From Gammaproteobacteria bacterium (GTDB lineage: Bacteria > Pseudomonadota > Gammaproteobacteria > JASBUN01), in NCBI GenBank assembly GCA_030147845.1, contig JASBUN010000046.1, forward strand, positions 64,430 to 128,429: 64,000 nucleotides of DNA, in the 5' to 3' direction. The notes under the pieces were generated by a model. It was not told where the DNA came from and searched no databases. It worked only from the letters and a program-made list of their open reading frames with translations. This document shows positions 40,901 through 48,998 of this stretch, piece by piece. A program made the position numbers and the translations under genes. Each line of letters begins with the position of its first letter. Position 1 is the first letter of the stretch.

Positions 40901-41395
40901 AGCCGGCTCCACCGGCACCTTGAGATACGGCGCGATACGCGCCTGCATGTGCTCGTTTAATGTCAGTGAGTCGTGACTAACGATGACGCGAATGGCGCTC
41001 TTGTACTCGTCCCCGAGCGCCAATCTTCCCCACCACGCATAATGCACGACAACCAGGTCCGGTTGGATTTTCTGGAACAGGTCACGAAAAGCGTCAAGAA
41101 GCCATGGCGGATTGAAGCGGCTCCAACTGTTTGGCGCCTTACCCCCTTGCCGCGCCGTGTAGAGCGCATCTAACCAGTCACCACCGTAGTAATATACCTG
41201 TGCGCCGAATTCGGTGTTCAGATAATCAACCGCTTCTTTGCTCCACGGAATATCGGTCGAAACAGAAGTCCCGAAAACATGCAGCTCATAGCCGATACTC
41301 GCCAACGCCCGAAGTATCGCCAGTTCACTTCGATGTGTGCCGGTTTGTGGCGGATACGGACAGTAGGGATCAAATACCAGCGCTTTCAATTTCAT
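34967..41395 (-). CDS. A 2142-aa cytoplasmic protein made of about six glycosyltransferase modules (GT4, GT2, GT4, GT2-like, GT2, GT4-like).
   Basis: Repeated GT-A signatures are present (ISIITPALNCAAYI...VVDGGSDD...NADD; VSIIVPTRNRRDVL...VVDNQTDD...NNDT). GT-B C-terminal signatures are also present (HRAEGFGLGMMEAMALGKPVIAT). There are no transmembrane segments. Confidence 0.8.
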   Translation of the reverse strand: MKLKALVFDPYCPYPPQTGTHRSELAILRALASIGYELHVFGTSVSTDIPWSKEAVDYLNTEFGAQVYYYGGDWLDALYTARQGGKAPNSWSRFNPPWLLDAFRDLFQKIQPDLVVVHYAWWGRLALGDEYKSAIRVIVSHDSLTLNEHMQARIAPYLKVPVEPAAVNPAALSENFYSGIDLSTLLAGAEEYAIYDNYDVTVAFSSLDAKLIQNHTSQTLVEEIPITYEIVNVDNSYDSAPVLVVSDYCLNIQGYAYFAANVLPTVRSACPEFVLKVIGGACNKIVPVAGVELAGYVAELSDVYTRSRFAICPVIGGTGMQVKILESMAYGVPVIALRNVADQSPIEHGKNGLIARNAQEFARFVVELWRDPERCKTLGSAARETIRQNFCADVQAGRWQQMLDAVQTRRGVRSARQHTNVECLGADGASTRKIGVQSHDARSAPRQTDGVNMREAVESTRRRGVQGCGAKISIITPALNCAAYIRQCIDSVLAQGYDNFEHIVVDGGSDDQTLDILRDYPHVHWISEPDRGEPDALNKALEMASGDIIGWLNADDFYLEGALVTAAEALDPGAGVHLIYGNVVLLGENDHPIGIRVPPPTMDLQRLLRWHRPLHIFQPAMFFTAELIRAVGRFREDLPYAVDLDFWVRAALAGYRFCNVDRTFAKMRLLRADGKSVTPYARKDQDWLAACLPAVAELSGVQQTHFWKDYYVHRLVNDHLYGGESLRMPDSCPATLGLALATIDANAAQDGAAYLEKAVELHPDCEDLYWLLGEALNQIGERSRAEQMFAAGDRVRLRCADVKPAIQRAPMQVDDAVVTVTDMDVPRKQKLNIGVNVIGYVSGNLGVGVTARSVVQVLLDQGCSVAVYDVDPGAGRGKFDRCFERFCVDAVTDLPHAINLFVFPLADLSGFISKYPEIIQNPARFNACWCVWELAVLPRGWSDALQSMDVLIAQSDFIRHALAFSVSGVPVLSAKHPLPEQGTSSPQRDRFGLPDKATIFISSFDLNSDPERKNPAATLAAFQHAFADDQSAHLVIKLNGASGAGERRAWVKDLRDYCGVRANVHLITDTLSYSDVLSLYASCDVFVSLHRAEGFGLGMMEAMALGKPVIATGWSGNMSFMDHTNACLVNYRLVPVQASINAYSRERVGADAVWADADIEQAAKWMYRLASDPALRASIGEAACQAAAKYQSDAKRADFLSELAAIAAQRAVRPAPIPHADEVEVEHESSDKVTVEPYSEWIRHRGHRADAERAHAQETIDGLVHKPTIHVIIVVDEDSIEHLAKTIDSMSAQLYGGWGLTVVSAMACPDPMFEELDMLEWIHAEREIAAAIDAAVATTAADWVTLLEPGDQLDAGALLACAKFAERNPSIGFVYTDEDTVDVDGARSHPRFKPDLNLELLRSCAYVGSFCLVKGTVLAAIGGVVSLGSLVNHDLCLRVVETFGGEAVGHIADVLVHQLEVNARRREVTSEQGMSLVEGHLTRAGVDAKVEPGLATGSFLIDYQHSAQPLVSIIVPTRNRRDVLEPCLESLLHKTGYKNFEVIVVDNQTDDQRTLRYLDEVAQRHKRVSVVRYDHPFNYSAINNVAASQACGDYLLLLNNDTVIVQPNWLDRLMSQAQRPDVGAVGPRLVFPDQRIQHAGVVLGMGQNGVAEHPFFGAPMSIAGPMNIAQSPRDVSALTGACLLIRKSIYEQVGGMDEDQLAVMYNDVDLCLKVREHGFRVVWTPYSTAVHHGSASLKDGHYQDAKKWQQAKNEVAVMLERWLPKLARDPAYNRNLNLIRTDYSVDSEMCAQWDDGADGPRILGMSLGSSGSRQHRLDIPMQALRRARRATTHLLPECIERVRVPSVSELAREAPDILLAHNTLHDVQLEALDRYRRFNKDVFLVFGQDDLIDHLPSYNSFSTSVYPDVKKRLRRAMSACHRLLVSTEALAQAYRGWSDDIVVVPNYLDGSIWKALKSRRGRGDKPRVGWAGAQQHSGDLDIIHEVVKKTASEVQWVFFGLCFEEWLSLGVEVHNPVVFEQYPNTLAALDLDLAVAPLAHNRFNQCKSNLKLLEYGALGWPVVCTDIEPYRDAPVTRVANTSAAWIKAIRERVNDLDASRREGDALRAWTHEHWMLDDHFDDWLQGLGTEGAAAGACAAGGK

Positions 41396-41437
41396 TTATC
41401 CGTCCGGTGGTCGACGTTACGTTTTCACACGTCTGCA

Positions 41438-44017
41438 TTAGCGGCCAATGATCTTGCGCGAAGCATTACCGAAACGGTCGTTCGCCCAGGCGTCATTCGA
41501 CTCAAGTCCCAAGGCCCATTCAAAGGCCTTGGCCGATTCCAACTGACGCGCGTCCATGCGCAAATGTTCGCCGAGCACACCCATGACGTTGGCGCAGTCG
41601 GGCATATCGTTACCCAATACCGGGTCAATGATCCCGCCTCGGACTAAACCCAATTCCTTTGCCGCCAGCATAAATCCGGTCATCGCTCGGGGATCGACAC
41701 CGACTTCCACGGCCGCATCGGCGTAGTAGGCAGGACTGCCGAAGTTGCGGAACCGAAACTCGTAGTAATCTTTCCAGAAGTGAATTTGTTCGCCGTCGCT
41801 CAGCGCCTCGAGATGAGGGCTACAGATTTGCAGCCACTCTTGGGCCTTCACCGCGTACGGCGTCTCGGTCTTACCACCCTCGCGATAAATCATCGCCTTG
41901 GCGAACACGCGGTCCAGGTAGTGAAACGCGTAGCCTTTGGCGGCAATACGGAACCAATAGTCATAGTCAACGCCATAATTCAAATCTTCCCGGAAGGGAC
42001 CAACATCGCGCATCAGTTCGGTCGAAAAGAAAATTGATGGCTGGAATAGATTGAGACGAAACCAACGGGTCAGGGTGACCACATTCAGGGGTGCGTACGG
42101 GATGACCCAGTTGGTCGGCACTTCGCTGTCGTCGATAAACAATGCTTTGCCATAAAACAGATGCGCATCGGGATTGTCCGCCGCAGCGTTCGAAATCGCG
42201 TCGAACGCGCCTTTGATGTATCGGTCGTCAGCGTTCAACCAACCAATGATGTCCCCCGAGACCATACGCAACGCCTTGTTGAGGGCTTGCGCTTCACCGT
42301 CATCGGGCTCAGAAACCCAGTTTACGTGTGGATAACGGCGAAGGACTTCCGCGGTGCCGTCAGTAGATGCGCCATCGACAACGATATGTTCGAAATTCTC
42401 ATAGCCTTGCGCCATTACACTCTCGATGCACTTGCTGAGTAATGCGGCGCAATTGAACGTAGGCGTGACAATGCTAATTTTCGGCTTTGCAGCGCGTCCC
42501 GATCGATGAACTGCGCGCAGGCTCGGCGTCGCCGCCCCACGGGCCCGCACGGTGGCTTGCAAATGCTGATATGCGTCCTCATCTTCAGCCCTCAGCCGCA
42601 CGGCTTCTTCCAGATCGCACTCGGACTGCTGCAGATATCCCAGTTCTCGCATCAGGATGCCACGATGGAGAAATACGCTTCCGGCGTCGTAACCGAATCG
42701 CATTGCAAGATCAAACAGTTGCCGCGCTTTAATTTTCTCGCCTCGAGCGGCCAAAGCCCGGGCATGTAGAAAATGCCATTCGCCATCTTCAACCAGATGT
42801 TCACCGCAATCGCCCAACAAATCCGCCGCGCGCTGCCATTGCTGCGCCGCTACAGCGCGCTGCGCCAACGCCTTCACGCAGTTCTGCCACCATTGACGCA
42901 CTTCGGTCGAGTCGCGGCGACGCTCCAAAGCGCGCTTCAGATCCACCTGCGCAGCGTCCAAATGCCCGGCCTGCAATAGTCGCTTACCGCGATTGAAGCT
43001 CACCAGGAACTCGTCCATTCCCTCGATCGTGCCATCTTCAAGCAGTTGTTTCACGTGCTCGCGCAAGCGCGCCAGACGATCATCATCCGGGCTCTGATCG
43101 GCTTGCATGTCCAGCGCCGCAACACAGTCCTCGACACGTCCGAGATGCAGCAACACCCAGGCCCGCCAATAGTTCAATTGGTCGTGCGGCTGACCGGATC
43201 GCACGGCTGACTCGAGCAACGTCAGCGCATATTCGAGCGTCAGGTTATTGGACTGGCTCGCATCGGCGGCCTGCTCGACGGCCATGGCCACTACCTCAAG
43301 TACGTCGTCTACGCTGTAAGCCGGCAACTTCGGCACACGCGGGGCCTGTTCGCCGGCTCGCGTCAGCACTAGATGAAAACTCTCCGACAGCTGTAGCGGG
43401 CCACGCACCCAATCGATGTCAAAATAGTCGGCAAGCTTTTGATGGTGCCGGAATCCGTGCGCGGCGAACAACTCGAGCCACCATTCCTTTCCATGTACCG
43501 TCTGATGGTAAATAACGCCGCCGACGGCATCTTCGAAATCCGCCACGCTCATGATCCAGATGCCGCCTGGCTTTAGGTGTCGACGCACATTACTGCACAC
43601 GGCCTCCAGCTGCGGCTCAGCCACGTGTTCCATTAGCTCCCACGAGGTGACTGCGTCGAACCGCAAGAGGCTGTCGGCCGACGATTTGCCATGCGCGGGC
43701 ACAAGTGAAAATTCTTGCGTCACATCGCAGGTGAATAGATGCTCCGGTATCGCAGGCCACGCCCCGCGCGCGCTGCGCTGGCAGTAATCGCTGCCTTCCA
43801 AACCGATCGCCAAGTGGCCATCGTCCAGACAATCTTTGACGAAAGCTCCGCCCGAGCAGCCCAGGTCCAGAACGCTAGCGCGCGCCGCGTTGAGGAGTTT
43901 GTATAGCTTCTTGTTAAACAGGGGATTGCGGCTGTTATCCTGTTTCGCGCCGTGCGGTGCGATATGATCCGGAGAGTCGGTAGCGACGGGCTTATTGGTC
44001 TGACAGACAATTTTCAT
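41438..44017 (-). CDS. An 859-aa fusion of a SAM-dependent methyltransferase, a TPR/helical linker and a GT2 glycosyltransferase.
   Basis: The N-terminus has methyltransferase motif I (VLDLGCSGGAFV) and a post-I acidic region. A GT2 module (KISIVTPTFNCAALL...VVDGASTDG...NADDRY) is paralogous to the one in the 2142-aa gene. Confidence 0.75.
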   Translation of the reverse strand: MKIVCQTNKPVATDSPDHIAPHGAKQDNSRNPLFNKKLYKLLNAARASVLDLGCSGGAFVKDCLDDGHLAIGLEGSDYCQRSARGAWPAIPEHLFTCDVTQEFSLVPAHGKSSADSLLRFDAVTSWELMEHVAEPQLEAVCSNVRRHLKPGGIWIMSVADFEDAVGGVIYHQTVHGKEWWLELFAAHGFRHHQKLADYFDIDWVRGPLQLSESFHLVLTRAGEQAPRVPKLPAYSVDDVLEVVAMAVEQAADASQSNNLTLEYALTLLESAVRSGQPHDQLNYWRAWVLLHLGRVEDCVAALDMQADQSPDDDRLARLREHVKQLLEDGTIEGMDEFLVSFNRGKRLLQAGHLDAAQVDLKRALERRRDSTEVRQWWQNCVKALAQRAVAAQQWQRAADLLGDCGEHLVEDGEWHFLHARALAARGEKIKARQLFDLAMRFGYDAGSVFLHRGILMRELGYLQQSECDLEEAVRLRAEDEDAYQHLQATVRARGAATPSLRAVHRSGRAAKPKISIVTPTFNCAALLSKCIESVMAQGYENFEHIVVDGASTDGTAEVLRRYPHVNWVSEPDDGEAQALNKALRMVSGDIIGWLNADDRYIKGAFDAISNAAADNPDAHLFYGKALFIDDSEVPTNWVIPYAPLNVVTLTRWFRLNLFQPSIFFSTELMRDVGPFREDLNYGVDYDYWFRIAAKGYAFHYLDRVFAKAMIYREGGKTETPYAVKAQEWLQICSPHLEALSDGEQIHFWKDYYEFRFRNFGSPAYYADAAVEVGVDPRAMTGFMLAAKELGLVRGGIIDPVLGNDMPDCANVMGVLGEHLRMDARQLESAKAFEWALGLESNDAWANDRFGNASRKIIGR

Positions 44018-44227
44018 CGGTTTGGTATCCCCGGCCGCTATGGCCGCTAGAAGAATCGACGTGCATCTTGGCCTGTTGGGTACAACGCCTCACTCATATC
44101 GCAACGCGCATTCTGACAGTAAAGAACGCCCCGTCTGCAGCACAGTACAGACGGAACTTGAGTGCACTCATCCATCCGGACGCATGTTGAAACGCCGCCC
44201 TCGATCGGCCACGCCTTTACCGTCGAT

Positions 44228-44242
44228 GCAATTCATGTGCCA
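44228..44242 (-). promoter_or_regulatory. Sigma54 promoter TGGCAC-atgaa-TTGCA upstream of the four-gene glycosyltransferase operon.
   Basis: A perfect -24/-12 consensus about 210 nt upstream of the ATG at 44017. An AT-rich tract with an IHF-like TATCATaatgTTA lies just upstream, at about 44255-44285. Confidence 0.6.
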
Positions 44243-44520
44243 CGGCGAAAACTTATAACATTATGATAATTAATATTTTTTTATTTCTATGAGGTGTCGG
44301 GAAATTGTCACTAAACACGGTTGATCGCCGATGTGGCGCGCGCGGAGACGATATCGTGGCGCCGTATTAGCGCCATGACTAGCACACGCACAGCGCGGCG
44401 ACCCGCAAACGTGCCGCATGCAGCACGCCCTCGCGCCACGCCAAGGCGGCCGGAAAGCCGCGCTCTAATAGCCGCGTCGTGCTCAGGTGGGTAAAAGGAC
44501 GATCGATACTGAATTGGCCA

Positions 44521-46026
44521 TTAGGCCGATTGTTGCAGACGCTCGACGCGATCCAGCGCTTGGCGCACGGTCGCCACGGTGTCGGCCTGTCCGTCCATGG
44601 TTTCCAGCACCGCAATCACGTTGCGTAGCGTTGCCGGATGTTCGGCGTTCACCTCCATGCTACGCTGTAGATATCCCAGTGCAGCCGCCGGATCACCACG
44701 TGTCCAGGCGACCGTACCGAGATTATTCAAAGCTTCCGCATGTCCAGACTCGATATTCAACACCTGCTGAAACGCGTTGGTGGCGCCATCAATATCGCCG
44801 CGCTGAAATAGCAGTTCACCTTCGGCGTTAAGCGCATCCGCCGACGACGAATCAGCGCCGACACTAGGGGCCGGACGCGCGGGCGTGAACGTGTCGCGTA
44901 AATCCGACAAGCGCTCGCGGATCTCTTGGTCGTCGGGGAAATCGGCGAGGTAGCTGGTGTACAAAGTCTCGGCATCAGCATGGCGATCACTGGACAGCAA
45001 TACCTGACCCGCATTCAGAACCAGATTGCGGTTGTCCGGCGCATGCTCCATGCCGCGGGCGAAACATTGCAAGGCTTCACCTCCCTTACCAAGCGCCCAG
45101 AGGCATACACCCAGGTTGTCAAGCGTCTGTGGGTCGGTCGGGGCCAGTTGCAACGCTTGTTGAAAGCTGCGCAGCGCGGCAACCAAATCGCCCGCATTAT
45201 AAAGCTGTTCTCCGACCGCGTTGAGTTGCGTCAGTTCCGTCGTGTCGTCGTAGGCAGTCGTCCTTTGGCCGCTTTGCGCGCGCCATTCGGGGTACAGGCG
45301 ATCCATCAACGGTGAGCACCAGCGCTCGAAGGCGGCCCACTCCGGCTCGCCCCACGACACCGCAATATCGGCCTGGCCGGCGGCAGGCTCATCAAGATCA
45401 AACATCACTTGCGGTCCGTGCTTGAGACCGAGCCAGTCCATCAGCGCGCCGATATCCCGGCCGAGATCCTCCAGCCGTACAAGGCGAAATTGCGCATTGC
45501 GGGCATGTGTTCGTAGATCCGATTCGATCAACTGATTGATGTAGCCCCAATACCAGCACCGCTTTTCAAAGGCGGTCATGTTTGCCCACGCCTGTGCATC
45601 GACATCACCGCAAAAATCGCCGCGTACTTGACCTTGTATCCAGCGCTGTTCAACCGCCGACATACATCCATCAGCCCGCTCATGGTTGCCGTACCAACCT
45701 TTTAGCGATGCGGAGTTCACGAAATCGATAGCGTTGCGAACCAACCAAAGGTAGTGCGCCTCGGGGAACGCGCGCGACACCGCAGGAATAACCCACGATA
45801 AGGCGCGACTGGATTCGCCATACGGCTTATGATTTTGCGTGGCTGAGCGGGTGAGTCGCAGCATTCTTTCGATCTGTTCTGCGCTCGCGTTACCGTATCG
45901 AAATGCCGACGCCTCCTCGATCAGCATCGGTTCGGGTTCATGCAAGCACACGCAACGGCTCTGCTCGAGCAAGACATTCGCGACCGATAACATGCCGCAT
46001 TGCCCGGTACCGAAAATAAAAAACAT
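44521..46026 (-). CDS. A 501-aa protein with an N-terminal P-loop sulfotransferase-like domain (degenerate PAPS-binding motifs) and C-terminal TPR repeats.
   Basis: It has a MFFIFGTGQCGML 5'-PSB-like loop and a YLWLVRNAIDFVNS 3'-PB-like motif. The C-terminal 200 aa are TPR-like (ALNNLGTVAW, LDNLGVCLWALG). Confidence 0.5.
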   Translation of the reverse strand: MFFIFGTGQCGMLSVANVLLEQSRCVCLHEPEPMLIEEASAFRYGNASAEQIERMLRLTRSATQNHKPYGESSRALSWVIPAVSRAFPEAHYLWLVRNAIDFVNSASLKGWYGNHERADGCMSAVEQRWIQGQVRGDFCGDVDAQAWANMTAFEKRCWYWGYINQLIESDLRTHARNAQFRLVRLEDLGRDIGALMDWLGLKHGPQVMFDLDEPAAGQADIAVSWGEPEWAAFERWCSPLMDRLYPEWRAQSGQRTTAYDDTTELTQLNAVGEQLYNAGDLVAALRSFQQALQLAPTDPQTLDNLGVCLWALGKGGEALQCFARGMEHAPDNRNLVLNAGQVLLSSDRHADAETLYTSYLADFPDDQEIRERLSDLRDTFTPARPAPSVGADSSSADALNAEGELLFQRGDIDGATNAFQQVLNIESGHAEALNNLGTVAWTRGDPAAALGYLQRSMEVNAEHPATLRNVIAVLETMDGQADTVATVRQALDRVERLQQSA

Positions 46027-46070
46027 AACTTATTCGCCTTGTATCGTTTCCCGACGACCGCAACCGGCCA

Positions 46071-46967
46071 TCAGCGTAGATAGTTGAACAACGAAAGTCC
46101 CTGCACCTTAACGTAGGTCTGCTGCGCGGCGTTCAATCCAGTCATTTGCTGATTGAGGCTGGTCACTGCCGAGGCGTAATCCAAATCTTCGATTTGGCTT
46201 TTGGTTTGTTGAATCTGCAGGATATTGGTGTCGTTCACACTTTTTTGCAGGTCGATGGCATTGAGCCGTGCGCCTACGCTCGCCTGAATCGTTAATATGT
46301 TTTTCATCGCCGCGTCGATTTCGGTAATCGTCGAAGGACTCGGAGTATTGGCATTCAGATCAGTCACCATTTTTTTCAAAATACCGAAGGTATTGCTCGT
46401 CGTTCCCGGAATATTCATGAACACGCTCGCGCCGGAATCGCCGGTGGTAATATAGCGCGTAGGTCCGATCTGCAGCGAGCGCTGACCCTGGTCACCAGCG
46501 TAGGTAAACGTGCCGTTACCGGTTTCCGAAAATGGTGTCTGTTTCGATTGATATCCAGCGAAAATATACTCGCCATTGGCATCCTGCGTGTTCGCCAGAT
46601 TTTTCATACTGTCGAGCAGCTGGTTGACTTCAGTCGCAATGGCCTTGCGGCTGTCGGCGCTTTCAGTGCCGTTGTTGCCCTGAACCGCCAGTTCGCGCGC
46701 GCGTTGTAATAAACTTACCGCGTTGGTGAGCGTGCCGTCCTCAACATTCAGGCGCGCTTGGGCTGCATTCGAATTACTTTGAAACTGCTGATTCAATTGC
46801 AACGATTGACTCAGCCCAAGCACGCTGGCGGCACCGGATGGATCATCGGCCGGACTGACAATGCGCTTGCCGGTGGACAACTGCAACTGCGTCTTGCTGA
46901 TCTGGGCCTGCCGATCCAGCATCGCATTAACGCTGAGCGTCTGCATCTGTTGTGTCGAGATTCTCAT
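46071..46967 (-). CDS. flgL: Hook-filament junction protein FlgL (HAP3)
   Basis: A 298-aa protein with a flagellin-like N-terminus (MRISTQQMQ...RIVSPADDPSGAA). Confidence 0.9.
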   Translation of the reverse strand: MRISTQQMQTLSVNAMLDRQAQISKTQLQLSTGKRIVSPADDPSGAASVLGLSQSLQLNQQFQSNSNAAQARLNVEDGTLTNAVSLLQRARELAVQGNNGTESADSRKAIATEVNQLLDSMKNLANTQDANGEYIFAGYQSKQTPFSETGNGTFTYAGDQGQRSLQIGPTRYITTGDSGASVFMNIPGTTSNTFGILKKMVTDLNANTPSPSTITEIDAAMKNILTIQASVGARLNAIDLQKSVNDTNILQIQQTKSQIEDLDYASAVTSLNQQMTGLNAAQQTYVKVQGLSLFNYLR

Positions 46968-46973
46968 ATCCGA

Positions 46974-48893
46974 TTACCCCATCGCACTTAGGACGGCGTT
47001 AAACAAGGTATTGGCGACCGTAATAACCCGCGCCGAAGCCTGATAGGCTTGCTGGAAACGCACCAGGTTGGCCGCCTCTTCGTCCAAATTGACGCCCGAT
47101 ACCGAGTCTCGAGTCGAGGTCGACTGCTGTAGCAACGCGGTTTGCGCGCTAGTGGTCAATTCCGCCTGCTTGGTTTGGGTACCGACGTTAGCGACCACGC
47201 TGCCATAGACGTCGACGACGCTACTGGCGCCCTGGTCCATTACCGTTTTGGATTGCACGCCGGCCAATAGTAGCGAGTTGCGATTGTCGCCCGCGCCGCT
47301 GGTATTGCTCTGCACGGTAAACGTATCGCCGGCTGCCGGCGTACCACTGATTTGCAGCGTCCAGCCGTTGTAGCTGATGTCGCCACCGCTGGTGTAGGCG
47401 ACGCTGGCTGGACCACCGGTGCCGGTACCGCTGACGCTGAACGTTGTCGGCGGACTATTGAACGTGATCGTCACCGGCTGCTGCAAATTGACGTTTGTGG
47501 GTGGCGGCCCGTTCACCGTTCCCGTACTGATAGTAGTGTCACCCGTGTTGGTGGAAGCCGCCGATGTGCGGATCGGCGCCGCGGCTGCGATCGCATTCGT
47601 CTGCGTAATCTTCACGCCGATATCGCGTGCACCGTTGTAAGTCGGACGGATCAGGAATTTGTCGCCGCTGGCAATAGCGCCCGAGCCGAGCGACAACGAG
47701 ACGCCGTCGACGGTGACCGCCGAGCCGGGAAATCCCATCGCGCCGATGTCGGTAACGGTGCCGTCCGACTGGCGGGTCAAAGTATAACTGCTGCCGTTGC
47801 GCTGCAGCGTGTAGTTGCTATTGGTAAGATCGGCAATATTTGAAATCGAGGCGTTCACCGTCGCCGTACCGGAATTGCCGCTATTGGGCGTAACCTGCGG
47901 CGCGCCGACACTAAAGAAGTCACCGCCGAGTTTGCCGTTCAAATCCTGGCCGAGCTTGTGCTGGTCATTGAATGACTGCGCCAAGCCGATAGCTACACGG
48001 CCGAGACCGCTAATGGCTGGATCCAAAATATTGTCACGAAAATCAACCAACCCGGCGATCTTGCCGCCGCTCAACTGGCGCGTAACGTCAACGCTACCGC
48101 CACTCGAATCGACATAAGCCACCTGCAAGCGAGTCGGATCATAGGGGTCTTTAACCGTGGACAGTTGCTGCGCCTTGGTACCGACCACCATGCTTTGGCC
48201 GCTACCAATGAATACATTGAGCGTTCCGTCGGATTGCGGCGCCGTGCGCACAGACGTGTACTGAGACAACTCATTGACGAGTTGATCACGCTGGTCCAAT
48301 AAATCGCTCGGCAATTGATTACCAGAGCCCTTGGGCGAGTTAAGAATGTTCTTATTGACCTGAGCGATGCTGGTCGCCAGCGAGTTGACTTGTTGCACCA
48401 CGTCAGAGAGCTGGGTGTTCACCCCGGCACGCATGCCGTCCAGGCGCGAATATAGGTCTTGGAAGCGTGCCGCCACCGTTTGCGCCTGCGATAACACCAC
48501 TTGGCGCGCCGGTGTCGACGTTGGATCTGATGACAAGTCCTGAACTGCGCCGAAGAAGTTTTGTATCGTAGGCGCTACACCACTTTTCGCGTCGGCCAAC
48601 ATATTGTCGACTTGTACTGCTAGATCATGCGTTGTTTGGCTCTGATTCATGGCCGAACTGGCGCTACGTACCTGATCGGTGAGAAACTGATCGAAGACGC
48701 GGCTGACATTGGCCACCTGCACACCGCTGCCGATGTACGTGCCGCCGGTAAACTGCGGTTGATTGGTGGTCAACTCGGTTCGTTGGCGACTATAGCCGGG
48801 CGTGTTGACGTTGGAGATATTGTTGCTGGTGGTCGCCAACGCACGTTGATAGGCCATCAGACCTGATACGCCGGTACCCAGTAAATCAGCCAT
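46974..48893 (-). CDS. flgK: Hook-associated protein FlgK (HAP1)
   Basis: The protein begins MADLLGTGVSGLMAYQRAL...NISNVNTPGYSRQ. I placed the start at the ATG at 48893, which is preceded by AGGAGG. Confidence 0.9.
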   Translation of the reverse strand: MADLLGTGVSGLMAYQRALATTSNNISNVNTPGYSRQRTELTTNQPQFTGGTYIGSGVQVANVSRVFDQFLTDQVRSASSAMNQSQTTHDLAVQVDNMLADAKSGVAPTIQNFFGAVQDLSSDPTSTPARQVVLSQAQTVAARFQDLYSRLDGMRAGVNTQLSDVVQQVNSLATSIAQVNKNILNSPKGSGNQLPSDLLDQRDQLVNELSQYTSVRTAPQSDGTLNVFIGSGQSMVVGTKAQQLSTVKDPYDPTRLQVAYVDSSGGSVDVTRQLSGGKIAGLVDFRDNILDPAISGLGRVAIGLAQSFNDQHKLGQDLNGKLGGDFFSVGAPQVTPNSGNSGTATVNASISNIADLTNSNYTLQRNGSSYTLTRQSDGTVTDIGAMGFPGSAVTVDGVSLSLGSGAIASGDKFLIRPTYNGARDIGVKITQTNAIAAAAPIRTSAASTNTGDTTISTGTVNGPPPTNVNLQQPVTITFNSPPTTFSVSGTGTGGPASVAYTSGGDISYNGWTLQISGTPAAGDTFTVQSNTSGAGDNRNSLLLAGVQSKTVMDQGASSVVDVYGSVVANVGTQTKQAELTTSAQTALLQQSTSTRDSVSGVNLDEEAANLVRFQQAYQASARVITVANTLFNAVLSAMG

Positions 48894-48998
48894 GATGCCC
48901 CTCCTTCGCACCCTCGGCGCTTGCCGCGCACAGGCACGAGCCGGCGCCGTATGCGCCCATTCGCGCGCCGACGCCTCTCAGCTTAGCGGCCGTCCGGT

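Noticed and set aside
44250-44300. The AT-rich block considered as a possible island boundary or mobile-element scar.
   Set aside because: There are no flanking direct repeats and no integrase, transposase or tRNA at the island edges. GC content and codon usage inside the island match the surrounding flagellar genes. It is better explained as the upstream IHF/UP region of the sigma54 promoter.
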